A stretch of 32,000 nucleotides of DNA from Bacteroidota bacterium (GTDB lineage Bacteria; Bacteroidota; Bacteroidia; Chitinophagales; Chitinophagaceae). This document shows, piece after piece, positions 8,173 through 14,972 of the stretch. The stretch is taken from NCBI GenBank assembly GCA_016868475.1, contig VGGU01000001.1:25405-57404 (forward strand), given 5' to 3'. The notes under the pieces are model-generated. The model saw only the letters and a program-made list of their open reading frames with translations, was not told the DNA's origin and did no database searches. Position 1 is the stretch's first letter; every line of letters starts with the position of its first letter. Position numbers and translations under genes: made by a program.

Positions 8173-8844
8173 TTATTTATTCTTAACCCAGTAGCTGATA
8201 CGAAGGCCCATGAAGTGATTGCGAGTGGCATCATCACCTGCTACTACAGGTATAATGTTGCGCAACCCGATGACGTAATTATATCCAATTGACCAACCAG
8301 CTTTTGTGCGGTAGCCAATTGTCATGTTAACACCCCAGTCAGGTCCTTTAAAATCAGAAGCGGCTAGTGTGCCAAAGCTTACACTGCGTGATCCGCTTGC
8401 TACAAATTCATTTTGATGTGCAGAAACTGGATCTGTGTCCAATAAATGTGTTTCTACAAATGAAGGTAAATCGGCGGCTAAAGTTGGTCCACCTCCTGCA
8501 AAGAAAGTACCGCCTTTGCTGCACTTATGGTTGTAAAGCACATTGGCTTGCAGTTCGGCATAACGAAGACTCCAATGACGCTGCTCTTTGAAACTAACAT
8601 TTTCAATTCTTCCTTTCTGCGAATAAAAAATACCAGGCTGAAAACTAAAATTGCTTTTTGCAATTGGAGTTTCCATTACTAATCCAAGGGCATAGCCAAT
8701 TTTTTGATCGTCTTTAATCAATGCACCACTCTTGGTTCCATATTGATTTGCCATGGTGATACCACCTGTTACACCTACCACTGATTTTTGGGCAAGTAAT
8801 GCAAAGGGGGTCAAGAATGCAAACAGAAAAAACAATTTTTTCAT
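8173..8844 (-). CDS. Small outer-membrane beta-barrel protein (porin family / OMP_b-brl type)
   Basis: 223 aa. The signal peptide MKKLFFLFAFLTPFALLAQ is followed by alternating beta-strand patterns and Gly/aromatic-rich strands (GVNMTIGYRTKAGWSIGYNYVIGL, MGLRISYWV). Confidence 0.75.
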   Translation of the reverse strand: MKKLFFLFAFLTPFALLAQKSVVGVTGGITMANQYGTKSGALIKDDQKIGYALGLVMETPIAKSNFSFQPGIFYSQKGRIENVSFKEQRHWSLRYAELQANVLYNHKCSKGGTFFAGGGPTLAADLPSFVETHLLDTDPVSAHQNEFVASGSRSVSFGTLAASDFKGPDWGVNMTIGYRTKAGWSIGYNYVIGLRNIIPVVAGDDATRNHFMGLRISYWVKNK

Positions 8845-8912
8845 ATCAGTTTATTTGGTTCAGCTAAAAACGGCAACCTAAGTTAAGCATTTACTACTTA
8901 AGCTGTTGCGTG

Positions 8913-8920
8913 CAAAGATA
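8913..8920 (-). promoter_or_regulatory. Candidate -7 promoter box (TATCTTTG on the minus strand) for the small OM barrel gene
   Basis: The plus strand reads CAAAGATA, whose reverse complement is TATCTTTG. It lies about 68 nt upstream of the ATG at 8844. Confidence 0.45.
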
Positions 8921-8994
8921 TTTTAGTTTCCCTAAACTTTAGCAGAACTGCCCTGATAATATTTAAGAGAAATTTGGGTTTAATTTATTGTAAA

Positions 8995-9882
8995 TCAGGA
9001 AACTACTGAGTAAAGCAACACCTGCCAGGCAGCATTGGCCTCCCCTTTGTTCAATAATTGGCTGGCATAACGGTGTATTTCCATTTCCATCTGGTCCGGA
9101 TTAACAGAAAAATATTGAACAATTTGTTTTAGATGGGGGTCTTGAAATTCCGGATCAAGAGGAGGAATATTGGAAAAATTAGCCAGTTGACCCAAATGGT
9201 TCCCGGTTAAAATTTGACTGGCCCGGATGGCAGAAGGTAAGGAATCAATTCCCATGCCTAATGAGGTATTGGGTTTAGGAACCTGAAACAAACTTTGTTC
9301 GTTTACAACCGTATACCAATCTCCTCCGAGTCTGCCTACTAAGGGTAGTTGACGAGGGTCTATTTTTTTATTTTCATCCAGCAACGTATCGTGGATATGC
9401 ATACATAGCACTTCGCATATCACCAGGTTGCCTGCTCCTCCTTCTTTGCCCAATGGTTTTACTTCAATGACCTTGCATTCCAACTGTATCTTACTTTCTT
9501 TTACCAATGGAGGCTTGATGCGAGTGGCAGGTGTAGCAGTAAAACCAGCTTTTTCAAATTCATTTACCTCCTTGGGAAATTCACAACTGGCCAGTGATTG
9601 TTGTTGCACCATGTCCAATGTAACGATATTGATAGCTACTTCAGGAACAGCACAAACATTTTCTAAGGTATGCTTAACGCTATTGTCTCTTATGCGTCTG
9701 GAAGGGGAAAAAATTACTATGGGGGGATTAACAGAGAACACATTAAAGAAACTAAACGGGCTTAGATTAATGTTTCCTTCCTGATCAATGGTGGAGGCAA
9801 AACATATAGGCCTAGGTGCTACAGCATTTTGCAAATAATACTGTCGGTCTGTGGGATTTAATGTTGAAAAATCAAAAAACAT
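8995..9882 (-). CDS. Flavin reductase family protein (FMN-binding split barrel) with a C-terminal extension
   Basis: 295 aa. APRPICFASTIDQEGNINLSPFSFFNVFSVNPPIVIFS is the typical flavin-reductase-like domain start. The roughly 90 C-terminal residues (from about SLPSAIRASQ...) lie outside what I recognise as that domain. Confidence 0.7.
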   Translation of the reverse strand: MFFDFSTLNPTDRQYYLQNAVAPRPICFASTIDQEGNINLSPFSFFNVFSVNPPIVIFSPSRRIRDNSVKHTLENVCAVPEVAINIVTLDMVQQQSLASCEFPKEVNEFEKAGFTATPATRIKPPLVKESKIQLECKVIEVKPLGKEGGAGNLVICEVLCMHIHDTLLDENKKIDPRQLPLVGRLGGDWYTVVNEQSLFQVPKPNTSLGMGIDSLPSAIRASQILTGNHLGQLANFSNIPPLDPEFQDPHLKQIVQYFSVNPDQMEMEIHRYASQLLNKGEANAAWQVLLYSVVS

Positions 9883-10899
9883 TTAAGACGGTATCGTTTT
9901 TTTCTGTTTCAAAATACTCCAGCTCTCTTCATCTTTAACAATGGTATTGGTTAATTTTCCCAAATTTTCAATTTCCATTTCTACAAGGTCATCGGCCTGT
10001 AACCATTGCTCTTTATAGAGAGGGTCATTCAATTTTCCTGTTCCATTCAGTTCTAAAAAACATCCTGTGCCCACAGTTCCGCTCCCGATTACATCACCGG
10101 GATAGAGATCTACTCCATAAGAAGCTCTCTCGATAATTTCTGCAAAGGTCCAATCCATATCGCTCAAATTACCCGCGCTCACTTGAACGCCATTCACCTT
10201 GCAGGTCATAGAAAGATTCCAGCTCAGCCCCTGGTGATTAGGTTTTGGTGCAGTAACAAAAGGCTCCAGTTCGTCCAATGTTACTAACCAAGGACCAATC
10301 ACGGTTGAAAAATCTTTGCCTTTAGCGGGGCCCAGATTTAACAACATTTCTTCCATTTGTAAAGTTCTTGCGCTCAAGTCATTCATGATCATCAATCCGG
10401 CAATATGTTGGTCTGCCTCTTTAGCGCGAATGTTTCTTCCATGTTTGCTAATTACAATTGCGGCCTCGAGTTCAAAGTCTAATTTTTCAAAATGATCAGG
10501 CATGCAGCGAATAGGGCCTGGTCCCTGAATACTATGATGATTGGTAAAATAAAAAATTGGGTACTCGTCAAATTGAGGGATCATATCCACTTTTCGGTTA
10601 CGACGAGCTGCTGCCACATGTTGTCGAAACGCATATCCGTCCCTGCAAGAAGCGGGGAAAGGAACCGGAGCCATTAATCGTAAATTATCTATGGATTGTC
10701 CTCCACTTATTGCACGTTGCCCTTCTTTGATAAGCGCTTCTCCAGCCTGTGCCACGGGAAAATAATCATCCCAAAAATTGAGAAACAAATTCATGCTGTT
10801 TGGCAATTCCGGGTGAAGCAACTCCATGTCGTAAACGGTGTCATTGATCAGTACTCCCAACTGCTCGTGATCTTCTTTGTAGTAGCTCAACAATTTCAT
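9883..10899 (-). CDS. Fumarylacetoacetate hydrolase (FAH) family protein
   Basis: 338 aa. Matching segments are DFELEAAIVI, MIMNDLSARTLQ, GPAKGKDFSTVIGPWLVT and YPGDVIGSGTVGTGC, in the order typical of the FAH fold. Its stop directly abuts the flavin reductase start, with zero intergenic bases. Confidence 0.8.
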   Translation of the reverse strand: MKLLSYYKEDHEQLGVLINDTVYDMELLHPELPNSMNLFLNFWDDYFPVAQAGEALIKEGQRAISGGQSIDNLRLMAPVPFPASCRDGYAFRQHVAAARRNRKVDMIPQFDEYPIFYFTNHHSIQGPGPIRCMPDHFEKLDFELEAAIVISKHGRNIRAKEADQHIAGLMIMNDLSARTLQMEEMLLNLGPAKGKDFSTVIGPWLVTLDELEPFVTAPKPNHQGLSWNLSMTCKVNGVQVSAGNLSDMDWTFAEIIERASYGVDLYPGDVIGSGTVGTGCFLELNGTGKLNDPLYKEQWLQADDLVEMEIENLGKLTNTIVKDEESWSILKQKKTIPS

Positions 10900-10972
10900 T
10901 AGTACAAAATTCGTTTAGCGAAGTTAATGATGTTGACATGACCTTGTTAGTTTTTTGCAATGAAATCCGTAG

Positions 10973-10980
10973 TACCTTTG
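10973..10980 (+). promoter_or_regulatory. Candidate -7 promoter box TACCTTTG, only 4 nt before the hydroxylase ATG
   Basis: This is an exact TAnnTTTG match. The ATG at 10985 sits where the transcription start is expected, which implies a leaderless or nearly leaderless mRNA. Confidence 0.5.
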
Positions 10981-10984
10981 CACG

Positions 10985-11653
10985 ATGAAATTCGAAAAAA
11001 TACATAATAAAGGACAAGCACGTTTGTTTGAAAATCAATTGCTGGAAGCCTTCACTAAAGCGCATCCACTGGTTATCTGGGGGATGTATTTGCCCGTTAT
11101 TATCTATTTTTTATATCGCTCCGGCAATACACTTGGTTTCTCCGCTCCCACTATTGCGTTGGTTTTTTTTGGCGGAATATTTTTTTGGTCCTTTTTTGAA
11201 TATATGGCGCATCGATTCTTGTTTCATTGGGTTCCAAAATCACCACTGGCTACAAAAATTGTATATACACTACATGGCAATCATCATCATTACCCACGGG
11301 ATCGGCAACGCTTGTTTATGCCTCCGCTTCCCAGCGTATTAATTTCAGCAACTCTTTTTTTCCTGATACGTCTTAGTATGGGGTCTTATGTATTTATGTT
11401 TTTCCCGGGTTTTATTTTAGGCTATCTCTTATATGGTTCCATGCATTATGCTATTCATGCCTGGAATCCACCGGTTAAATGGATGAAACCCCTATGGAGA
11501 AACCACCATTTGCATCATTATAAAAACGAACATCAGGGTTTTGGGGTAAGCTCCACACTATGGGATCATGTTTTTGGAACTATGTTTGATCTACAAAGAG
11601 AGCAAGAAGACCAGGAAAAGGTCAATGCATTGATGTTTGAAAAGAAGTCTTGA
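10985..11653 (+). CDS. Fatty acid hydroxylase superfamily membrane protein (FA2H/Scs7-like, no cytochrome b5 domain)
   Basis: 222 aa with about four hydrophobic segments. The histidine boxes are HRFLFHW, HGNHHHYP, a further box at HYAIHAW, and HHLHHY. The arrangement resembles the hydroxylase domain of eukaryotic fatty acid 2-hydroxylase as I remember it. Confidence 0.7.
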   Translation: MKFEKIHNKGQARLFENQLLEAFTKAHPLVIWGMYLPVIIYFLYRSGNTLGFSAPTIALVFFGGIFFWSFFEYMAHRFLFHWVPKSPLATKIVYTLHGNHHHYPRDRQRLFMPPLPSVLISATLFFLIRLSMGSYVFMFFPGFILGYLLYGSMHYAIHAWNPPVKWMKPLWRNHHLHHYKNEHQGFGVSSTLWDHVFGTMFDLQREQEDQEKVNALMFEKKS

Positions 11654-11704
11654 AAAGTTCAAGCCCATTCTTGTGTTTCCCATTACAAGAACCTACTGAG
11701 GCTA

Positions 11705-12859
11705 TTATCCAATAGCTTGTGCCAGATCCTCAATCAGATCGTCAGCATCTTCAATTCCTACCGACAAGCGAATTAAGGTATCAGACAAACCATTTTTAAT
11801 TCGTTCCTCTCTAGGAATAGAAGCATGCGTCATAGTAGCGGGATGATTGATCAGCGACTCAACACCTCCCAAACTTTCTGCTAATGAAAACAAACGAGTA
11901 GCGGATAGAACGCGTTTTGTTTCGTCTATGGAGTCACCAGCTAGCTCAAAGGAAATCATTCCGCCAAATCCTTTCATTTGCTTTTTAGCAACAAGATGAT
12001 TATGGTGAGAAGCAAAACCGGGCCAATAAACTTTTTTAACTTTTGGATGCGTAGCTAACCAGTTTGCGATCTTCTCTCCGTTTTCATTATGTGCCCTCAT
12101 TCGTAAGCCAAGCGTTTTGATGCCGCGAAGAACCAGAAAACAATCCATTGGTCCCGGTACTGCACCACTACTTTTTTGTATAAAGTGCAATTGATCACGC
12201 AAGGATTGGTCCTTAACTACCAAAGCGCCTTGTATTACATCACTGTGCCCACTCAGGTATTTTGTTGCAGAGTGCATTACAATATCTGCTCCTAACAACA
12301 AGGGTTGTTGTATTGCAGGAGAAGCAAATGTGTTATCTACGGCAAGTAATATTCCCTGTTTTTTTGCTATTGTGGCAATGGCTTCAATATCGCTCACGTT
12401 CATCAACGGATTAGTTGGAGTTTCCAGCCAGATCAATTTTGTTTTAGAGGTAATAGCCTTTGCTACATTGGCAGCATCGGTGGTGTCTACCAATTGAAAA
12501 GTGATACCCAGGCGCTGATAAATTTTTGTAAACAGTCGATAGGTTCCTCCATACATGTCATTGCCGCACACTACTTCATCTCCCGAGGATAATAGTTTGA
12601 TTACCGCATCCGTAGCAGCCACTCCACTACTAAATGAAAGACCATAATTACCGCCTTCTAATACAGCAAGAGCTTCCTCCAAAGCTTTACGTGTGGGGTT
12701 TTGACTTCTGGCATATTCAAATCCCTGATTGATACCTGGTGATTCTTGTACATAGGTAGAAGTTTGAAAAATAGGCGTCATGATGGCCCCGGTACTTGGA
12801 TCAGGATGTGCCCCGGCATGCACATAGCGAGTATTGGCTTTCCAGTTTTTTGCTTTCAT
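11705..12859 (-). CDS. Cys/Met-metabolism PLP-dependent enzyme (cystathionine gamma-lyase, gamma-synthase or beta-lyase type)
   Basis: About 385 aa. SATKYLSGHSDVIQG contains the PLP-binding Lys. Other matches are VHAG...TPIFQTSTY, NPTR and the C-terminal IRLSVGIED. I prefer the ATG at 12859 (MKAKNW...) to the GTG at 12865. I cannot resolve the exact reaction specificity by eye. Confidence 0.85.
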   Translation of the reverse strand: MKAKNWKANTRYVHAGAHPDPSTGAIMTPIFQTSTYVQESPGINQGFEYARSQNPTRKALEEALAVLEGGNYGLSFSSGVAATDAVIKLLSSGDEVVCGNDMYGGTYRLFTKIYQRLGITFQLVDTTDAANVAKAITSKTKLIWLETPTNPLMNVSDIEAIATIAKKQGILLAVDNTFASPAIQQPLLLGADIVMHSATKYLSGHSDVIQGALVVKDQSLRDQLHFIQKSSGAVPGPMDCFLVLRGIKTLGLRMRAHNENGEKIANWLATHPKVKKVYWPGFASHHNHLVAKKQMKGFGGMISFELAGDSIDETKRVLSATRLFSLAESLGGVESLINHPATMTHASIPREERIKNGLSDTLIRLSVGIEDADDLIEDLAQAIG

Positions 12860-12861
12860 GT

Positions 12862-13827
12862 TCACAAAATACGAATTGGGCCAATAAATTTAATGAATTC
12901 CTGAACCATTGAAGAAGCAATGGGCAATGAAGGGTCGCTATACGCTTTGGCATTATCAATTCGATTGTTGGAAGAAACCAACTTAAAAACGTGATTCATA
13001 TTTTCTATAATCGCCAGCTGCGCATCTGGTTTTATTTTTTGCAACAGTAACGCATCGGCTACCTGTACTTGAATGTCTTTATTGCCTTGCACAATTAAAA
13101 CCGGACAACGAAGTTTTTGCAACAAATTACCCGGATTGTATCGCAACCAGGAAATGATATAGGGCTGCACAGATGGCCTGAAGATGGAGAACAAAAATGG
13201 ATTGGGCTTTGCAATTCTTTGGCCTGTCAGTAAGGTGTCGAGATAGCGATTAGCTAACAACACGAGGGAGTCAGGACCGCCACCTTCTTTAAATTGTTCT
13301 CGTAGCACCTGATCAATGGGTCTTCCTGCGCCTGCCAAACTAATAAAACCTTTGAGTTTTGTTTGCTGCGCAGCCACCAGTCCAATTAACGAACCCTCGC
13401 TATGTCCTGCTATATATATTTTTTTATATCCGCTTTTGCGTAACCACGCAATCCAAGCCAAGGCATCATTAGCGCCGTCTTCAAATCGCATATCCTCCTC
13501 TCTTAAACCTTTAACCTGACTTTTCCCAACTCCTTTTTTATCATAACGCAAGGAAGCAATGCCATACTTAGACAAACTATCTGCGAGTTGTAATAAAGAA
13601 TTGTTTTTCCCTTTTAATAGTCGGCTGTTCCCGTCCCGATCTGTAGGCCCTGATCCCGCAATAATTAAAACCACAGGGGGCTTTCTAACTCCATGTGGTG
13701 TAAACAGGGTGCCTGAAAGCGTACCCCCTTGTAGAGGAATACTGCAATCAATGGAATCTTTACCAATCTGCTGTGCCTGTGCAAAAGAGGTAAAAATCAA
13801 TACTAGCGGAAATAGTAAAAATTGCAT
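12862..13827 (-). CDS. Secreted alpha/beta hydrolase
   Basis: I start it at the ATG at 13827 (MQFLLFPLVLIFTSFAQAQQ), which gives a signal peptide. The track start at 13887 adds 20 residues that do not look like a signal. GHSEGS is the GxSxG nucleophile elbow. The C-terminal region contains QGNKD and NMNHVF, candidate Asp and His of the triad. Confidence 0.75.
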   Translation of the reverse strand: MQFLLFPLVLIFTSFAQAQQIGKDSIDCSIPLQGGTLSGTLFTPHGVRKPPVVLIIAGSGPTDRDGNSRLLKGKNNSLLQLADSLSKYGIASLRYDKKGVGKSQVKGLREEDMRFEDGANDALAWIAWLRKSGYKKIYIAGHSEGSLIGLVAAQQTKLKGFISLAGAGRPIDQVLREQFKEGGGPDSLVLLANRYLDTLLTGQRIAKPNPFLFSIFRPSVQPYIISWLRYNPGNLLQKLRCPVLIVQGNKDIQVQVADALLLQKIKPDAQLAIIENMNHVFKLVSSNNRIDNAKAYSDPSLPIASSMVQEFIKFIGPIRIL

Positions 13828-13867
13828 GCAACAAATTTCAGTACATTTTGACAATTGTGTGAAACTA

Positions 13868-13875
13868 TATCTTTG
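13868..13875 (+). promoter_or_regulatory. Candidate -7 promoter box TATCTTTG for the deoxyhypusine synthase homologue
   Basis: This is an exact TAnnTTTG match in the 103-nt divergent intergenic region. It predicts a leader of about 50 nt before the ATG at 13931. Confidence 0.5.
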
Positions 13876-13930
13876 CACCGCCCGCATGGTCTCACGGTAT
13901 TGTGATCTGAAGGCGGATCAAATTTAATCT

Positions 13931-14905
13931 ATGAGCAAAGGTCCGGTTTCCCATTTTATTCAACATCATTATCGTCACTTCAATGCAGCCGCGTTGATGG
14001 ATGCTGCAAAAGGATACGAATTACATTTAACGGAAGGTGGAAAAATGATGATTACTCTTGCCGGAGCAATGAGTACGGCAGAGCTTGGTGTATCACTTGC
14101 CGAAATGATTCGTCAAGGTAAGGTAGATATTATCAGTTGCACAGGAGCAAATCTGGAAGAAGACGTCATGAATCTGGTAGCGCATTCTCATTACAAACGT
14201 ATTCCCAATTACAGGGATTTAACTCCCCAGGAAGAATGGGACCTTTTAGAGAATCATTACAATCGGGTAACAGACACCTGTATCCCGGAAGAGGAGGCGT
14301 TTCGTCGTTTACAAAAGCACTTGGTAAAACAATGGGAAGAGGCAGAGGCAAAAGGAGAACGCTACTTTCCGCACGAGTTTCTTTACAAAGTTGTGTTGAG
14401 TGGAGATTTAAAACAGTATTACGAAATAGACCCCAAGGATAGCTGGATTGTGGCTGCAGCCGAGCGTAATCTGCCAATTGTTGTACCCGGTTGGGAGGAT
14501 AGCACAACGGGTAACATTTTTGCCAGCTATGTGATAAAAAACCAACTAAAAGCCAGCACCGTTAAAAATGGTATTGAGTACATGGCTTGGTTGGCCGATT
14601 GGTATCGTCAAAACTCAGGTGGTAAAGGAGTGGGATTTTTTCAAATTGGCGGTGGTATTGCAGGAGACTTTCCCATTTGCGTAGTGCCTATGATGTATCA
14701 GGACCTGGAATGGCATGACGTTCCCTTCTGGAGTTATTTCTGTCAGATCAGTGACTCAACTACTTCATATGGTTCTTATTCGGGCGCTGTTCCCAATGAA
14801 AAAATTACCTGGGGTAAATTAGACATAAACACACCCAAGTATATTGTAGAAAGTGATGCTACGATTGTAGCTCCTTTGATTTTTGCCTGGATTCTGGGGT
14901 GGTAA
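13931..14905 (+). CDS. Deoxyhypusine synthase family protein (bacterial DHS homologue)
   Basis: 324 aa. It aligns by eye with eukaryotic DHS from memory: CTGANLEEDV matches the NAD-binding TAGGVEEDL, PIVVPGWEDSTTGNIF matches PVFSPALTDGSLGDMIF, the GGG loop is present, and EKITWGKL matches EAVSWGKI, which carries the catalytic Lys. Confidence 0.85.
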   Translation: MSKGPVSHFIQHHYRHFNAAALMDAAKGYELHLTEGGKMMITLAGAMSTAELGVSLAEMIRQGKVDIISCTGANLEEDVMNLVAHSHYKRIPNYRDLTPQEEWDLLENHYNRVTDTCIPEEEAFRRLQKHLVKQWEEAEAKGERYFPHEFLYKVVLSGDLKQYYEIDPKDSWIVAAAERNLPIVVPGWEDSTTGNIFASYVIKNQLKASTVKNGIEYMAWLADWYRQNSGGKGVGFFQIGGGIAGDFPICVVPMMYQDLEWHDVPFWSYFCQISDSTTSYGSYSGAVPNEKITWGKLDINTPKYIVESDATIVAPLIFAWILGW

Positions 14906-14924
14906 TATCTGCTCTATTGACTAA

Positions 14925-14961
14925 TAAAAAAAGTCCCGCCAAGTACAGCGGGACTTTTTTG
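14925..14961. terminator. Strong bidirectional rho-independent terminator
   Basis: AAAAAAA-AGTCCCGC-CAAGTACA-GCGGGACT-TTTTTT. A perfect 8-bp GC-rich stem (14932-14939 paired with 14948-14955) has an 8-nt loop, an A-run upstream and a T-run downstream. It sits between the convergent stop codons at 14905 and 14973. Confidence 0.9.
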
Positions 14962-14972
14962 TGAGCTCATTT

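Noticed and set aside
8845-8994. The largest intergenic region (150 nt), examined for a small RNA, tRNA, 4.5S RNA or small ORF.
   Set aside because: It contains a TATCTTTG box on the minus strand and an imperfect hairpin around the CTTAAG repeats. This is consistent with the promoter and 5' UTR of the OM barrel gene. I found no conserved RNA-family motif and no plausible ORF.
11668-11691. The hairpin TTCTTGT-(10 nt)-ACAAGAA between the convergent hydroxylase and PLP-enzyme genes, considered as a terminator.
   Set aside because: It is a 7-bp AT-rich stem with no adjacent U-tract on either strand. That is too weak to report as a feature, although it may contribute to termination.
13559-13927. 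A 122-aa plus-strand ORF, the longest unexplained ORF in the track.
   Set aside because: It is antisense to the N-terminal half of the secreted alpha/beta hydrolase and runs across the predicted TATCTTTG promoter of the DHS gene. It shows no motifs and has a shadow-frame composition.
13876-13930. A possible riboswitch or attenuator in the roughly 50-nt leader of the DHS gene. CCGCC at 13878 could pair with GGCGG at 13912.
   Set aside because: There is only a 5-bp stem around a loop of about 30 nt, with at most a 4-bp internal helix. It is too short and unstructured for any riboswitch class I know, and there is no terminator or anti-terminator alternative.
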